Shown here piece after piece: positions 8,665-17,588 of a DNA stretch of 32,000 nucleotides. The stretch spans positions 1 to 32,000 of the forward strand of contig JBMFJD010000005.1 in the NCBI GenBank assembly GCA_049974095.1. The letters run 5' to 3'. Below the pieces are notes generated by a model. The model made no database searches and was not told where the DNA came from. It was given only the letters and a program-made list of their open reading frames with translations. The stretch comes from Nanopusillaceae archaeon. Lineage in GTDB: Archaea > Nanobdellota > Nanobdellia > Nanobdellales > Nanobdellaceae. Both the position numbers and the translations under genes were made by a program. Each line of letters starts with the position of its first letter. Within the stretch, counting starts at the first letter, position 1.

Positions 8665-9068
8665 AATATAAAATATTAATTGATTCTAATATGTTTTTCT
8701 TACCATTCTCTGAAAATTTTGATATAATAAATGAATTAAAAGAATTTTTAGAAAAAAATAATATTGAATATGAAGGATTTTATACATTAAGAAAAAATAT
8801 AATTGAAATTGAAAATAAGATAAAAACTGCAAAATCTGAAAAATGGAAAAGAAAATATAATATGGTATTAGAGTATATTAAAAGGAATAATATAAATATA
8901 ATTGATACGGGAAAAAATTGGGAGAAAACTGATAGATTAATTGTTGAAACTTCATTATCTGACAAATTTATAGTGTGTACACAGGATAGAAACTTGAGAA
9001 AAATATTAAAAGGATTAAAAATACCTGTAATTTTTTATTCAAATAAAGAATTACATATAATATGGTAA
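8661..9068 (+). CDS. PIN-domain protein, Fcf1/COG1412-like
   Basis: 135 aa. The pattern ILIDSNMFF..IVCTQDRNLRKILKGLKIPVIF fits the family. An ATGA overlap couples it to eif2g, a conserved archaeal neighbourhood. Confidence 0.7.
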   Translation: MKYKILIDSNMFFLPFSENFDIINELKEFLEKNNIEYEGFYTLRKNIIEIENKIKTAKSEKWKRKYNMVLEYIKRNNINIIDTGKNWEKTDRLIVETSLSDKFIVCTQDRNLRKILKGLKIPVIFYSNKELHIIW

Positions 9069-9907
9069 CAAATGCAGGACCTGAATTTTATGCTGCAAAA
9101 GAAAAATATGAAAATGCTAAAACTCCTGAAGAAAAATTAAAATATTTATATGAAATGCTAAAATATGCTCCTAAACATAAAGGATCTGAAAATTTAATTG
9201 CATGGATTAGGAAAAAAATATCTGAATATGAAAAATTAACTGAGGAAAGAGAAAAGAAAAAAGGAGGAGGGATAAAAATAATTGAAAAATCTGGAGATTT
9301 ATTAATTAGTATATTAGGTATAGAAAATTCTGGAAAAAGTTATTTTTTAAAAAAATTTGTTAATAAAAATATTGAAGTAAGTGATATACCATTTTATACA
9401 AGAGAACCTGCAATTGGTACAATATTTTATAATTGTATATATTATCAATTTATAGAGATACCTGCTACATTTGAAAGAAGATTTAGATCTATATTATCAC
9501 TATCAGATTATTTTATTATTATTCTAGATAATAGAAAAGATATAAAAGAACAACTGGAAAGAATAAATAGTTTTTCTGAAGGAATAATTGAATTTAATGA
9601 AAGGGAAGATAAAAAATATACAGTAATATATAATAAATTTGATGATTTTAAAGATATAAATTTTGAAGAAATATTGGAAAATATAATAAAAAAATTAGAA
9701 TTAATTAGGGTAAAACCTATTGATTCTGATCATTGTATTTTATTAAATAAAGATTCTACTGTAAAAGATTTTATTGAAAAAATAAATAAAAAATGGATGG
9801 AAAAATTTAGATATGCAAAAATATATAGAAAAAATAATATTATAAGAGCAGGATTAAATTATAAATTAGAAGATAGAGATATCGTAGAGTTAAAGTTATC
9901 TATATAA
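9062..9907 (+). CDS. DRG/COG1163-like GTP-binding protein with C-terminal TGS-like domain and degenerate G3
   Basis: N-terminal PKHKGSENL..KKKGGG motif. G1 is GIENSGKS, G2-like is PFYTREP and G4 is NKFD. G3 reads EIPA instead of DxPG. The C-terminus ends ..LEDRDIVELKL. Confidence 0.65.
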   Translation: MVTNAGPEFYAAKEKYENAKTPEEKLKYLYEMLKYAPKHKGSENLIAWIRKKISEYEKLTEEREKKKGGGIKIIEKSGDLLISILGIENSGKSYFLKKFVNKNIEVSDIPFYTREPAIGTIFYNCIYYQFIEIPATFERRFRSILSLSDYFIIILDNRKDIKEQLERINSFSEGIIEFNEREDKKYTVIYNKFDDFKDINFEEILENIIKKLELIRVKPIDSDHCILLNKDSTVKDFIEKINKKWMEKFRYAKIYRKNNIIRAGLNYKLEDRDIVELKLSI

Positions 9908-10096
9908 TTAACTTTATTAAAGAGAATATTTTTCTATAAAATTTATTTTAGATTTATTACTATCTATAGTTCCACCAAAAATCTTATAATATACTTCAAC
10001 TATCCTAATTTTCCTTAATTCCTCAAGCTATTAAATATATGCTTGTAAAAAGTTTCCTTTCTTAAAAGAAAAAAATATTTTTATATAAACTAAAAA

Positions 10097-10336
10097 CTAT
10101 TCTGCAGAGATTAATGTAACTGTCCTTTCTACAAAATCTAAAGATCTTATTTTATCCAATACAAATTTTCTTATTTCTTCTAATGTTTCCCCCTCTATTT
10201 TTACTATTACATCATATTCTCCATAAACAACACTACTTTCCAATATTTTTATATTATTCTGTGATTTCTTAATACCTTCTAATACTACATTTTCCTTTCC
10301 AGGTTTTACATTAACTAATATATATGCTGTAATCAT
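10097..10336 (-). CDS. stand-alone Lrp/AsnC ligand-binding (RAM) domain protein
   Basis: 79 aa. AYILVNVKPGKE..VYGEYDVIVKIEGETLEEIRKFVLDKIRSLDFVERTVTLI fits the RAM fold pattern. There is no HTH. Confidence 0.75.
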   Translation of the reverse strand: MITAYILVNVKPGKENVVLEGIKKSQNNIKILESSVVYGEYDVIVKIEGETLEEIRKFVLDKIRSLDFVERTVTLISAE

Positions 10337-10587
10337 TTTTCTAATTTTTCTTTTAATTCTTTTATATCTTTCCTCATATATTCAATCACCAATGCTATTA
10401 CAGATAACCATAATACAGATAACCATGTAAATAATGAAGTTATAGTCATTGATGCAGTACCCTCTGCTGCCAATGGTAATTGGATGCTTTTAAACAATAG
10501 TACATATCCTAAAACCATGTTAATGAAAAAGCCTACTAACAATATTATTTCTAACAGATCTGGTACTTTGTAATCAAATGATACCAT
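10333..10587 (-). CDS. hypothetical 2-TM membrane protein
   Basis: 84 aa with two hydrophobic helices and a charged coiled tail. An ATGA overlap couples it to the RAM gene. Confidence 0.5.
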   Translation of the reverse strand: MVSFDYKVPDLLEIILLVGFFINMVLGYVLLFKSIQLPLAAEGTASMTITSLFTWLSVLWLSVIALVIEYMRKDIKELKEKLEK

Positions 10588-10624
10588 TATTTATTTTTTT
10601 AAAAAAACTTTATATATATTATTA

Positions 10625-11098
10625 ATGATACCTTTAGATAACAAAAGAAAAAAAGAATTAATAGAAAAATTAAAAAATAATTATAAAATTGAATGCGATG
10701 AACTAAAAAAAGAAAATATTTTCTTTGATGAAAAAAATAATTTATATATTTATGATAAAACACCAATTGCATTTTTAAAAGATAATGAAATATATCCAAC
10801 AATATTTTTAATAAATAAATATGGAACCGATATGAATTATATAAAAGTAAATATGGGAGCAAAGGATAAAGTATTAAATGGCGCAGATATATTTAGACCT
10901 GGAATAATCGAATTTTCAGATTTTAAATCTGGAGAAACAATACTAATTATTTCTGAAGATAACAAATTATTAGCAATAGGAAAAGCATTATATGATTCTG
11001 AAGAAGCTAAGAAAATGGAAAAGGGAAAAATAGTAGAAAATATACATTATTTCGGAGATAAAATTACAAAATATTATCTAGATTTTAAAGAAAGTTAG
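10625..11098 (+). CDS. PUA-domain RNA-binding protein (COG2016, MCT-1/Tma20-like)
   Basis: VLNGADIFRPGIIEFSDFKSGETILIISEDNKLLAIGKALYDSEE..KGKIVENIHYFGDKI is the typical PUA C-terminal half. Confidence 0.75.
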   Translation: MIPLDNKRKKELIEKLKNNYKIECDELKKENIFFDEKNNLYIYDKTPIAFLKDNEIYPTIFLINKYGTDMNYIKVNMGAKDKVLNGADIFRPGIIEFSDFKSGETILIISEDNKLLAIGKALYDSEEAKKMEKGKIVENIHYFGDKITKYYLDFKES

Positions 11099-12226
11099 AA
11101 TACTTTGTTTTAATATATTACTATGTTTTCTTAATCTAAAATATGAAATATTATATTTATTATGGAACTTATTATTCAAATATTCTATTAATTCATTATA
11201 ATTATCAAATTTTTCAATCAAATTATTTAACATATATTTTGTTCCCTCTCTTACAACCCATACTCCTAAAGGAATTTTGTAATTTGGAGTAACAAATCTA
11301 AATACTACTAAATCTCCTTTTAATTTATAATTTTTCATAAATTCTGCAAAAGATAATCTTAATGCATAATATCCACCAGATTTATCATCCCTTCCAATTA
11401 TATAATTTTTACCATGTAAATTATATATAGAACCTGGAATTAATGTTTCAATTAATTCTACTTTTCCATTTCCAGGTAATAATATTCCATAAAAATCATT
11501 TCCATATAAAGAATAATAGAATAAATAATATTTATCTACCTTTTTAATTTTATCCTTTATTTCTTCCTTTATTTTCTTTTCTAAAATACTATGAACTGCA
11601 GTAATCGACCACTTACTTGGTACCAATTTCCTATTAATTTTATATCCAAAAAATCCTATTGAAAATAATCTTGAAATATAATAATCTGATAATCCTTCTT
11701 TATATAAATAATAAACTGCATCTCCAGCTTTTATTTCATTAATATTATCAACTTCTCTTGGTATTTTTGGATTTTCATTTATTTTTATTTTATCAACAAT
11801 TCCAGAATATCCATAATATCCTATTACTTTTGATATCCCTCCATTTTCTATTATTTTCTTTAAATATAATTCAATATTTATTGATTTAATTGATAACATT
11901 GCTTCCAATATTTCTTCATATAATCTATCATTTTTCCTTGGTAAATTTACATCCGTAATTTTCTTTGCATTAACAAAACTAACTCTATTTTTTATTATTT
12001 CTTCTTCAGGAAGATTATATTTCGCCCAATATATAGGATTATCATATAAATCTATATTTTCATTATATGAAGTTAATATTCCTAAAGAAACCTTTGGATA
12101 ATTTATTGAAGTAATTAAATTTGAGGGAGGAGTAAATCCATTTATTTCATTTTTTAATAATATAGATTTACCATAAAGTTTTTTATATTTCTCAGCAAGT
12201 TTTTTTGCATTTACAACATCAATCAT
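11078..12226 (-). CDS. nreA: NreA-like DNA-repair protein with C-terminal PCNA-interacting (PIP) box
   Basis: GFTPPSNLITSINYPKVSLGIL resembles the Nre sPPsvfvG..gYP.v.vG motif. The last residues KQSILTFFKI contain the canonical PIP motif Qxx[ILM]xxFF. There is no N-terminal Cys cluster. Confidence 0.6.
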   Translation of the reverse strand: MIDVVNAKKLAEKYKKLYGKSILLKNEINGFTPPSNLITSINYPKVSLGILTSYNENIDLYDNPIYWAKYNLPEEEIIKNRVSFVNAKKITDVNLPRKNDRLYEEILEAMLSIKSINIELYLKKIIENGGISKVIGYYGYSGIVDKIKINENPKIPREVDNINEIKAGDAVYYLYKEGLSDYYISRLFSIGFFGYKINRKLVPSKWSITAVHSILEKKIKEEIKDKIKKVDKYYLFYYSLYGNDFYGILLPGNGKVELIETLIPGSIYNLHGKNYIIGRDDKSGGYYALRLSFAEFMKNYKLKGDLVVFRFVTPNYKIPLGVWVVREGTKYMLNNLIEKFDNYNELIEYLNNKFHNKYNISYFRLRKHSNILKQSILTFFKI

Positions 12227-12260
12227 TATTTTTTATTCTTTTTCTTTATTATAAATTTTA

Positions 12261-12938
12261 ATGGATATAATAAATATCCCAACAAAATATAAAATAAAAG
12301 AAATAAAAAAATTGGAAGAATTAAAAAAATATTTACCGAAAAAATTTGGTTTAGTATCTATTACTCAATATAGAGATTATGCTAAAAAAATATATGAAAT
12401 ATTAAAAAATGAATATGAAATAATATTAAAGGAAGGATTATATGGAATAAATGTTTTAGGATGCTATTCTGAACCCGCAAATATTAATGATGTAGATACA
12501 ATATTATTAATTGGAAATGGAAAATTTCATGCAGAAAATATAATTAGAAAATTAAAGAAAAAAGTAATTGTATATGATCCAATATATGGAGAAATAAGAA
12601 TATATGAACCAGATTACAAATTTGATAATATTATTCAGTTTTTATTAAATAAATTAAAAAATTCAAATAATATTGGAATAATTTTATCAATAAAACCTGG
12701 TCAATATTATTATTTAGAAACATTAAAAGTAAAAGAAATATTAGAAAAAATGGGAAAAAATGTATATTTATTTATAGGAGATACAATAGATTTCTTACAA
12801 TTATTAAATTTCCCATTTATAGATTTTTGGATATTTTCTGCATGTCCAAGGATAATAGATGATGTAATTGATAGTAATATAAATGGAATAACAATAGATA
12901 TATTAATTAAAAATTTAGATAAAATTAGAAATACTTAA
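12261..12938 (+). CDS. dph2: diphthamide synthesis protein Dph2, short form lacking domain 1
   Basis: VLGCYS..ILLIGNGKFHAENI..IGIILSIKPGQ..FIDFWIFSACPRIIDD aligns to domains 2-3 of archaeal Dph2. It is 225 aa, versus about 340 in Pyrococcus Dph2 as I recall it. Confidence 0.7.
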   Translation: MDIINIPTKYKIKEIKKLEELKKYLPKKFGLVSITQYRDYAKKIYEILKNEYEIILKEGLYGINVLGCYSEPANINDVDTILLIGNGKFHAENIIRKLKKKVIVYDPIYGEIRIYEPDYKFDNIIQFLLNKLKNSNNIGIILSIKPGQYYYLETLKVKEILEKMGKNVYLFIGDTIDFLQLLNFPFIDFWIFSACPRIIDDVIDSNINGITIDILIKNLDKIRNT

Positions 12939-14924
12939 TATAGACTTTACAAATAGATATAAAGCTACAGATGATATTGCTGAAAATATTACAAATAATA
13001 ATGTATTAATAACATAGTATTTTGAAATATCGTAAAAAAATGATAACTTATCTCCACTATTTTCAATAGAGTTTATTGCATATATTATTATTAATGCCGT
13101 TAATTCATTAAATAATCCAATAATTATAATAATTGTTGGTGGGGAAACTATTCCATTTAAATTAAACATATTTAATATCATTGTAGGCAAAGAACTAACA
13201 TATGACGAATATTGAGAAGCACTAGAAGAGAATTGAGTTAATTGTTTTATTTGAATTGATAATGAATATAATATTTCAATTGTCATTATTGTAACTGCAC
13301 TTACTATTCCCAAAATTACTGGAGCCAACATCCTTAATAAAGATTTTAATTGAGAGATATCCTCTGCAACAAGATCTTTTATTCTTTCTTTTACTTTTTC
13401 TAATAATATAAAATATTTAGAAACTACAGCACCTACTAAAGAAGCTTCTGATGAAGATACTTTACTTGCTTCATATAATATTTCCATAGATGCTTTTAAT
13501 TGAGAAGATGGAACTTTCATTATTGCACCAACTTTTGGATCAAATATTGCATCATAAAATGGTAATCCTGATCTTAAATTCTGATATAATTTTGCTATTA
13601 CTTTACCTATAGGACTATCTTTATATCTAGGATATACATATGCTAATGCTTTTTCTAATGGATAACCTTCATTCAAAGCATTTCCAACAGATAATAAAAA
13701 AGATGGAAGATCTACCTCTATTTTTATCAGATCTTTATATAATTCTCTAAAATCATTATAATATAAAAAAGAACCAAAACCAATTGTTAATCCTATTAAT
13801 AAAACAAAAAATTCTGAGAAAATAATTCCAGCTAAATTATAATTAGAAATATAATTATATATCACTAGAACAATTAAGAAAAATAAGAAAATTGATAATG
13901 AAACTGCAGTAGAAAAAGCAATTAATTTGTTCTTTATATCCTTTTTCTTAATATAATAAAACAAATATATATCATCTGACGAAAAAATATTTAACATTTT
14001 TGAAGAAACAGAGTAATTTAAGAAGAAATATGAAAGAAAAGGAATTAATATATCAAATAATATAAATAATAATAATGGAGAAAACAAATTACTTAAAAAT
14101 ATTGATGCCAATGGAAATATTGTCAAAAGCATAACAGGTAAAGTAATTCCTAACATGCTAACTAAATTTACAGATGATCTAATCTCTCTTGCAAAAGCAT
14201 ATAATTCATTAATTAATTCTTCCAGAGATTCTTCTATAGATTTATCTATTTGGAAATTCCTCCTATCTTTATCAGGATCTAACAATGCTCCTTCTATTAA
14301 CATTATTCCTAAATAGAAAAATCTAGCATCAATTTCCCAATTTTTTGCATATTCTAATAATGCCTCTGATGCTGAAACATATTTTCTATTATATATATCT
14401 CTTAATAATCTTAGCAAATCTATTTTTAATGGCAAACCTATGTTTCTTGCAGAATAAATTAGTGCTTGTTCTACATTTGGATTTTGTCTTAATTTAATTG
14501 CTAAAAGTAACAAAAGATTAATTAATTGGGATTTTTTCCTTACTTTCAAACTATTATATAAAATTATATAATAATAATCAGTTAATATATATCCTAGTAT
14601 ACCTAAAAATAAAAAAAATACAAAATATATTGGAGAAATAAGCATTGAAAGGGCAATACCAAAGATTAAAGAAATAGTTAATAAAAATATTGACGCAGAA
14701 TCTATTTCATCAATACTTACATTTAATAATAATTCTGAATTTATTTTTTCAAATTCTTTTCTCTTTTTATCACTGCTTTTTAATTTAATTATATTTCCAA
14801 AAAATTTTACAATTTCTTCATAATATTTTACTTTATTTCCAAAATAAAAATATTTAAATAATTCTATTTTTTTATCTAGATTATTTAAATCTAAACCTAC
14901 TAGCTCAGTTTCTGGTATATCCAT
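12915..14924 (-). CDS. FlaJ/TadC-like polytopic membrane platform protein (two T2SS-F-like repeats)
   Basis: 669 aa with many TM helices and two cytoplasmic helical repeats (..ALIYSARNIGLPLKIDLLRLL.. and ..LSVGNALNEGYPLEKALAYV..LRSGLPFYDAI..). A 25-nt overlap couples it to the upstream ATPase gene. Confidence 0.75.
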   Translation of the reverse strand: MDIPETELVGLDLNNLDKKIELFKYFYFGNKVKYYEEIVKFFGNIIKLKSSDKKRKEFEKINSELLLNVSIDEIDSASIFLLTISLIFGIALSMLISPIYFVFFLFLGILGYILTDYYYIILYNSLKVRKKSQLINLLLLLAIKLRQNPNVEQALIYSARNIGLPLKIDLLRLLRDIYNRKYVSASEALLEYAKNWEIDARFFYLGIMLIEGALLDPDKDRRNFQIDKSIEESLEELINELYAFAREIRSSVNLVSMLGITLPVMLLTIFPLASIFLSNLFSPLLLFILFDILIPFLSYFFLNYSVSSKMLNIFSSDDIYLFYYIKKKDIKNKLIAFSTAVSLSIFLFFLIVLVIYNYISNYNLAGIIFSEFFVLLIGLTIGFGSFLYYNDFRELYKDLIKIEVDLPSFLLSVGNALNEGYPLEKALAYVYPRYKDSPIGKVIAKLYQNLRSGLPFYDAIFDPKVGAIMKVPSSQLKASMEILYEASKVSSSEASLVGAVVSKYFILLEKVKERIKDLVAEDISQLKSLLRMLAPVILGIVSAVTIMTIEILYSLSIQIKQLTQFSSSASQYSSYVSSLPTMILNMFNLNGIVSPPTIIIIIGLFNELTALIIIYAINSIENSGDKLSFFYDISKYYVINTLLFVIFSAISSVALYLFVKSILSISNFI

Positions 14925-17143
14925 CTTTTTAAATTTTCTAATATATATTCTTTATTTATTTCGCCATATTCTTTTATACTTTTATCTATAAATTGATAAA
15001 AAACTTCATTATATGGAGAAACAAACTCTGCTTCCAATATATCTTTTCTTCCTTTTTCTCTAGCAATATCTACTAATAATTTTTTAGATAATCCTATTGT
15101 TTCTACCATATTCCAAATTCTTTCCCATGATTTGGATAAATATTTTACTCTAGATGCAACTGCTTTTAATATATCAGAATCTCCATTTATTAACTCTAAT
15201 GTAGGTTCTAAATTATCTTTTTCAGGATCATAAACCATTAAATCTACAAAACCTCTTTCTCTCAATGGATCTTCTTCCCATAATTTTCTAACTTCTGTAA
15301 TTCTTAATACCCTTCTATATCTTTTTAATCCAGAAGGTTCCCTTATTGGATTAACCGTTACAATTATATCTGTAGCCTTAAAAGATGTTTTAGGAACACC
15401 TAAATCATTTACAACTCTATCATAAACACCATAAGGACTCTCAGCATGTAAAGTACCCATCACAGCATTTGCCATTGCACCAATTCTCATTGCTTCATAT
15501 AATGTTTGTGCTTCTTTAGATCTAACTTCTCCAACAATTATTGCACTATCACCCATTCTTAAGGAAACCCTTAATCCTTCATCAGCAGACAATTCTGCAG
15601 ATTTTAATGAAAAAGGACTTCTTACTTTCATTGGAACAATATTATATCCCAATGATCTAAAATAATCAGTAGGTATTTCTAATGTATCTTCCACAGTTAT
15701 TATTCTTACTTTTTTTGGTAATTCTAACATTAAAGAAGTTAATAAAGAAGTTTTTCCACTTCCTCTGGTTCCAGCAATTAATATTGCTCTTCCATTTGCT
15801 ACTAAAAATGATAATAAACCAGCAGCTAAATAATTTAGCATTTTATTATCTATAAACAATGGTAATGTCCATGGTTTACTTCTATGTCTTCTAAATACAT
15901 AGGATATTCCAAATGCTGATAGAGGAGGTGATAATGCTGCAACTCTTAATAAGATATTTTTTCCTATCATTAAATCTGTATCTAAAACAGGGTTTGCTTC
16001 ATCAAATGGTCTTCCAGAAACTAATCTTAATTTTGTAGCCCATGATTCAACTTCCCTTCTTGTTGGAGTTACATTTGTTATACACATTTCATAATCTGAA
16101 TGCTGTAATGAAATTGGAGTAATACCTGGAGGAGGATTAACAAATAAATCTTCCAATCTTTCATCTAATACTATTTTTTCTATAATTCCAAGCCCAATTG
16201 TATATCTAACTATTATACTTTTTAAAATATTATATTTATCCTCATTTAACTTTATATTATATAAAGAAACAAGTTTTGATAATATATTATCTAATAAATT
16301 ATCATATATTTCTCTTAATCTTTCTACATCTAAATAATCTTCCCTTTTAGGTTCATATTGTTGTAATATTTCTATTGCTTTATGCGCTAAAAATGTTTCT
16401 TCAGAAAATATTTTATATTCCTCTGGAAAAATATAATATCTAAAAACAGTTTCTTCAGGATTTTTTAATATAAATACTTCAGTATATTTATCTAATCTAT
16501 AAGATTCTATAACATTATAATTTTCCTCGATTTTACTAATATATTTTGTATCAATAAACCTTGGTTTTATATCTCCTAAAAATAATCTTCTATATATTTC
16601 CCTATTTCCAATTTCATACCCAACTAAGAATGGTTTAATATATTTAAAAAATGGTTGAGATTCAAATTTAATTAAAAAATTATCTACTAACGATAATATA
16701 TCCGATATTTGTTTTTCTAATTCTTTGTTATCTTTTAAAATTGCTAATAATTTTCTTTTAATTCTTTTTATATAAATATAAGTACCTATCGGATCCTTTA
16801 AATAATTTTTATCTAAAGCATTTATTATATTTTTAATTTCAGAATATAATATATGACCTGCCAATAAATATTGATAATATGATTTTACATTTTCTCTAAT
16901 TGAAAAATAAACATCTAAAAATGATAAAAGTATTTTTATTGTATCTTCATAATATGATATATTTTCATCTTGTTCAATTATTATTGTATTAACTGATGGA
17001 TCATTAGCTAATATATTTAAAATATATTCCATTATAACAGGATCATCTTCAATTGTTGCAATATTTTGATAGTTTTTAGCATCTATATATAATATTCTTT
17101 CTTTTCCATCTTTTCTTACCTCATATTGCAAATTTTCATACAT
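14900..17143 (-). CDS. FlaI/VirB11-family type IV filament/secretion ATPase with a long N-terminal extension
   Basis: Walker A GTRGSGKTS at about aa 458-466, Walker B/Glu AIIVGEVR and His box GTLHAESP. It is 747 aa, versus roughly 510-540 for typical FlaI. Confidence 0.85.
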   Translation of the reverse strand: MYENLQYEVRKDGKERILYIDAKNYQNIATIEDDPVIMEYILNILANDPSVNTIIIEQDENISYYEDTIKILLSFLDVYFSIRENVKSYYQYLLAGHILYSEIKNIINALDKNYLKDPIGTYIYIKRIKRKLLAILKDNKELEKQISDILSLVDNFLIKFESQPFFKYIKPFLVGYEIGNREIYRRLFLGDIKPRFIDTKYISKIEENYNVIESYRLDKYTEVFILKNPEETVFRYYIFPEEYKIFSEETFLAHKAIEILQQYEPKREDYLDVERLREIYDNLLDNILSKLVSLYNIKLNEDKYNILKSIIVRYTIGLGIIEKIVLDERLEDLFVNPPPGITPISLQHSDYEMCITNVTPTRREVESWATKLRLVSGRPFDEANPVLDTDLMIGKNILLRVAALSPPLSAFGISYVFRRHRSKPWTLPLFIDNKMLNYLAAGLLSFLVANGRAILIAGTRGSGKTSLLTSLMLELPKKVRIITVEDTLEIPTDYFRSLGYNIVPMKVRSPFSLKSAELSADEGLRVSLRMGDSAIIVGEVRSKEAQTLYEAMRIGAMANAVMGTLHAESPYGVYDRVVNDLGVPKTSFKATDIIVTVNPIREPSGLKRYRRVLRITEVRKLWEEDPLRERGFVDLMVYDPEKDNLEPTLELINGDSDILKAVASRVKYLSKSWERIWNMVETIGLSKKLLVDIAREKGRKDILEAEFVSPYNEVFYQFIDKSIKEYGEINKEYILENLKRWIYQKLS

Positions 17144-17176
17144 CTAATAAAATTAATATATTGCAGAATATTATAA

Positions 17177-17557
17177 ATGTATATGCCAGAGACAGATCTT
17201 TTGAGAAGATTAAAATATTTAGAAGAGAAAGTATCTATGTTCAATAATATAATACAAACTATTGACGTAACAACAAGAAACTCTTTGGAAGATATGAAAA
17301 GAGAACTAGAAGATATTAGAGAAGAAATAAAAGAAATAAAAAATGAAATAAATGATCTGGAAATAAAAGTAAAAGCAATAACTGATCAATTATCATTATT
17401 TGCTACTGTAGATCAAGTTAAAACAATAAGTTCTATTATAGATTATATAAATCCATTTGATTTCGTTACAAAAAAAGAAGTAGAAAAGATTGTTAAAGAA
17501 AAAATAATGGAGTATCTAAATGATGTATACAATATTGATAATCAAAAAACTCAATAA
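17177..17557 (+). CDS. coiled-coil protein, possibly FlaC/ArlC-like
   Basis: 126 aa. A heptad-rich segment is followed by LSLFATVDQVKTISSIIDYINPFDF, reminiscent of the ..NPF ending of FlaC_arch domains. This assignment is tentative. Confidence 0.35.
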   Translation: MYMPETDLLRRLKYLEEKVSMFNNIIQTIDVTTRNSLEDMKRELEDIREEIKEIKNEINDLEIKVKAITDQLSLFATVDQVKTISSIIDYINPFDFVTKKEVEKIVKEKIMEYLNDVYNIDNQKTQ

Positions 17558-17588
17558 ATTTATATACTTCAATGGTTTTATATAGATT

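Noticed and set aside
17144-17176. ATATT-GCAG-AATAT inverted repeat in the 33-bp flaI-like/flaC-like divergent gap, as an operator.
   Set aside because: The arms are only 5-6 bp of pure A/T and are indistinguishable from overlapping TATA-like elements of the two promoters.
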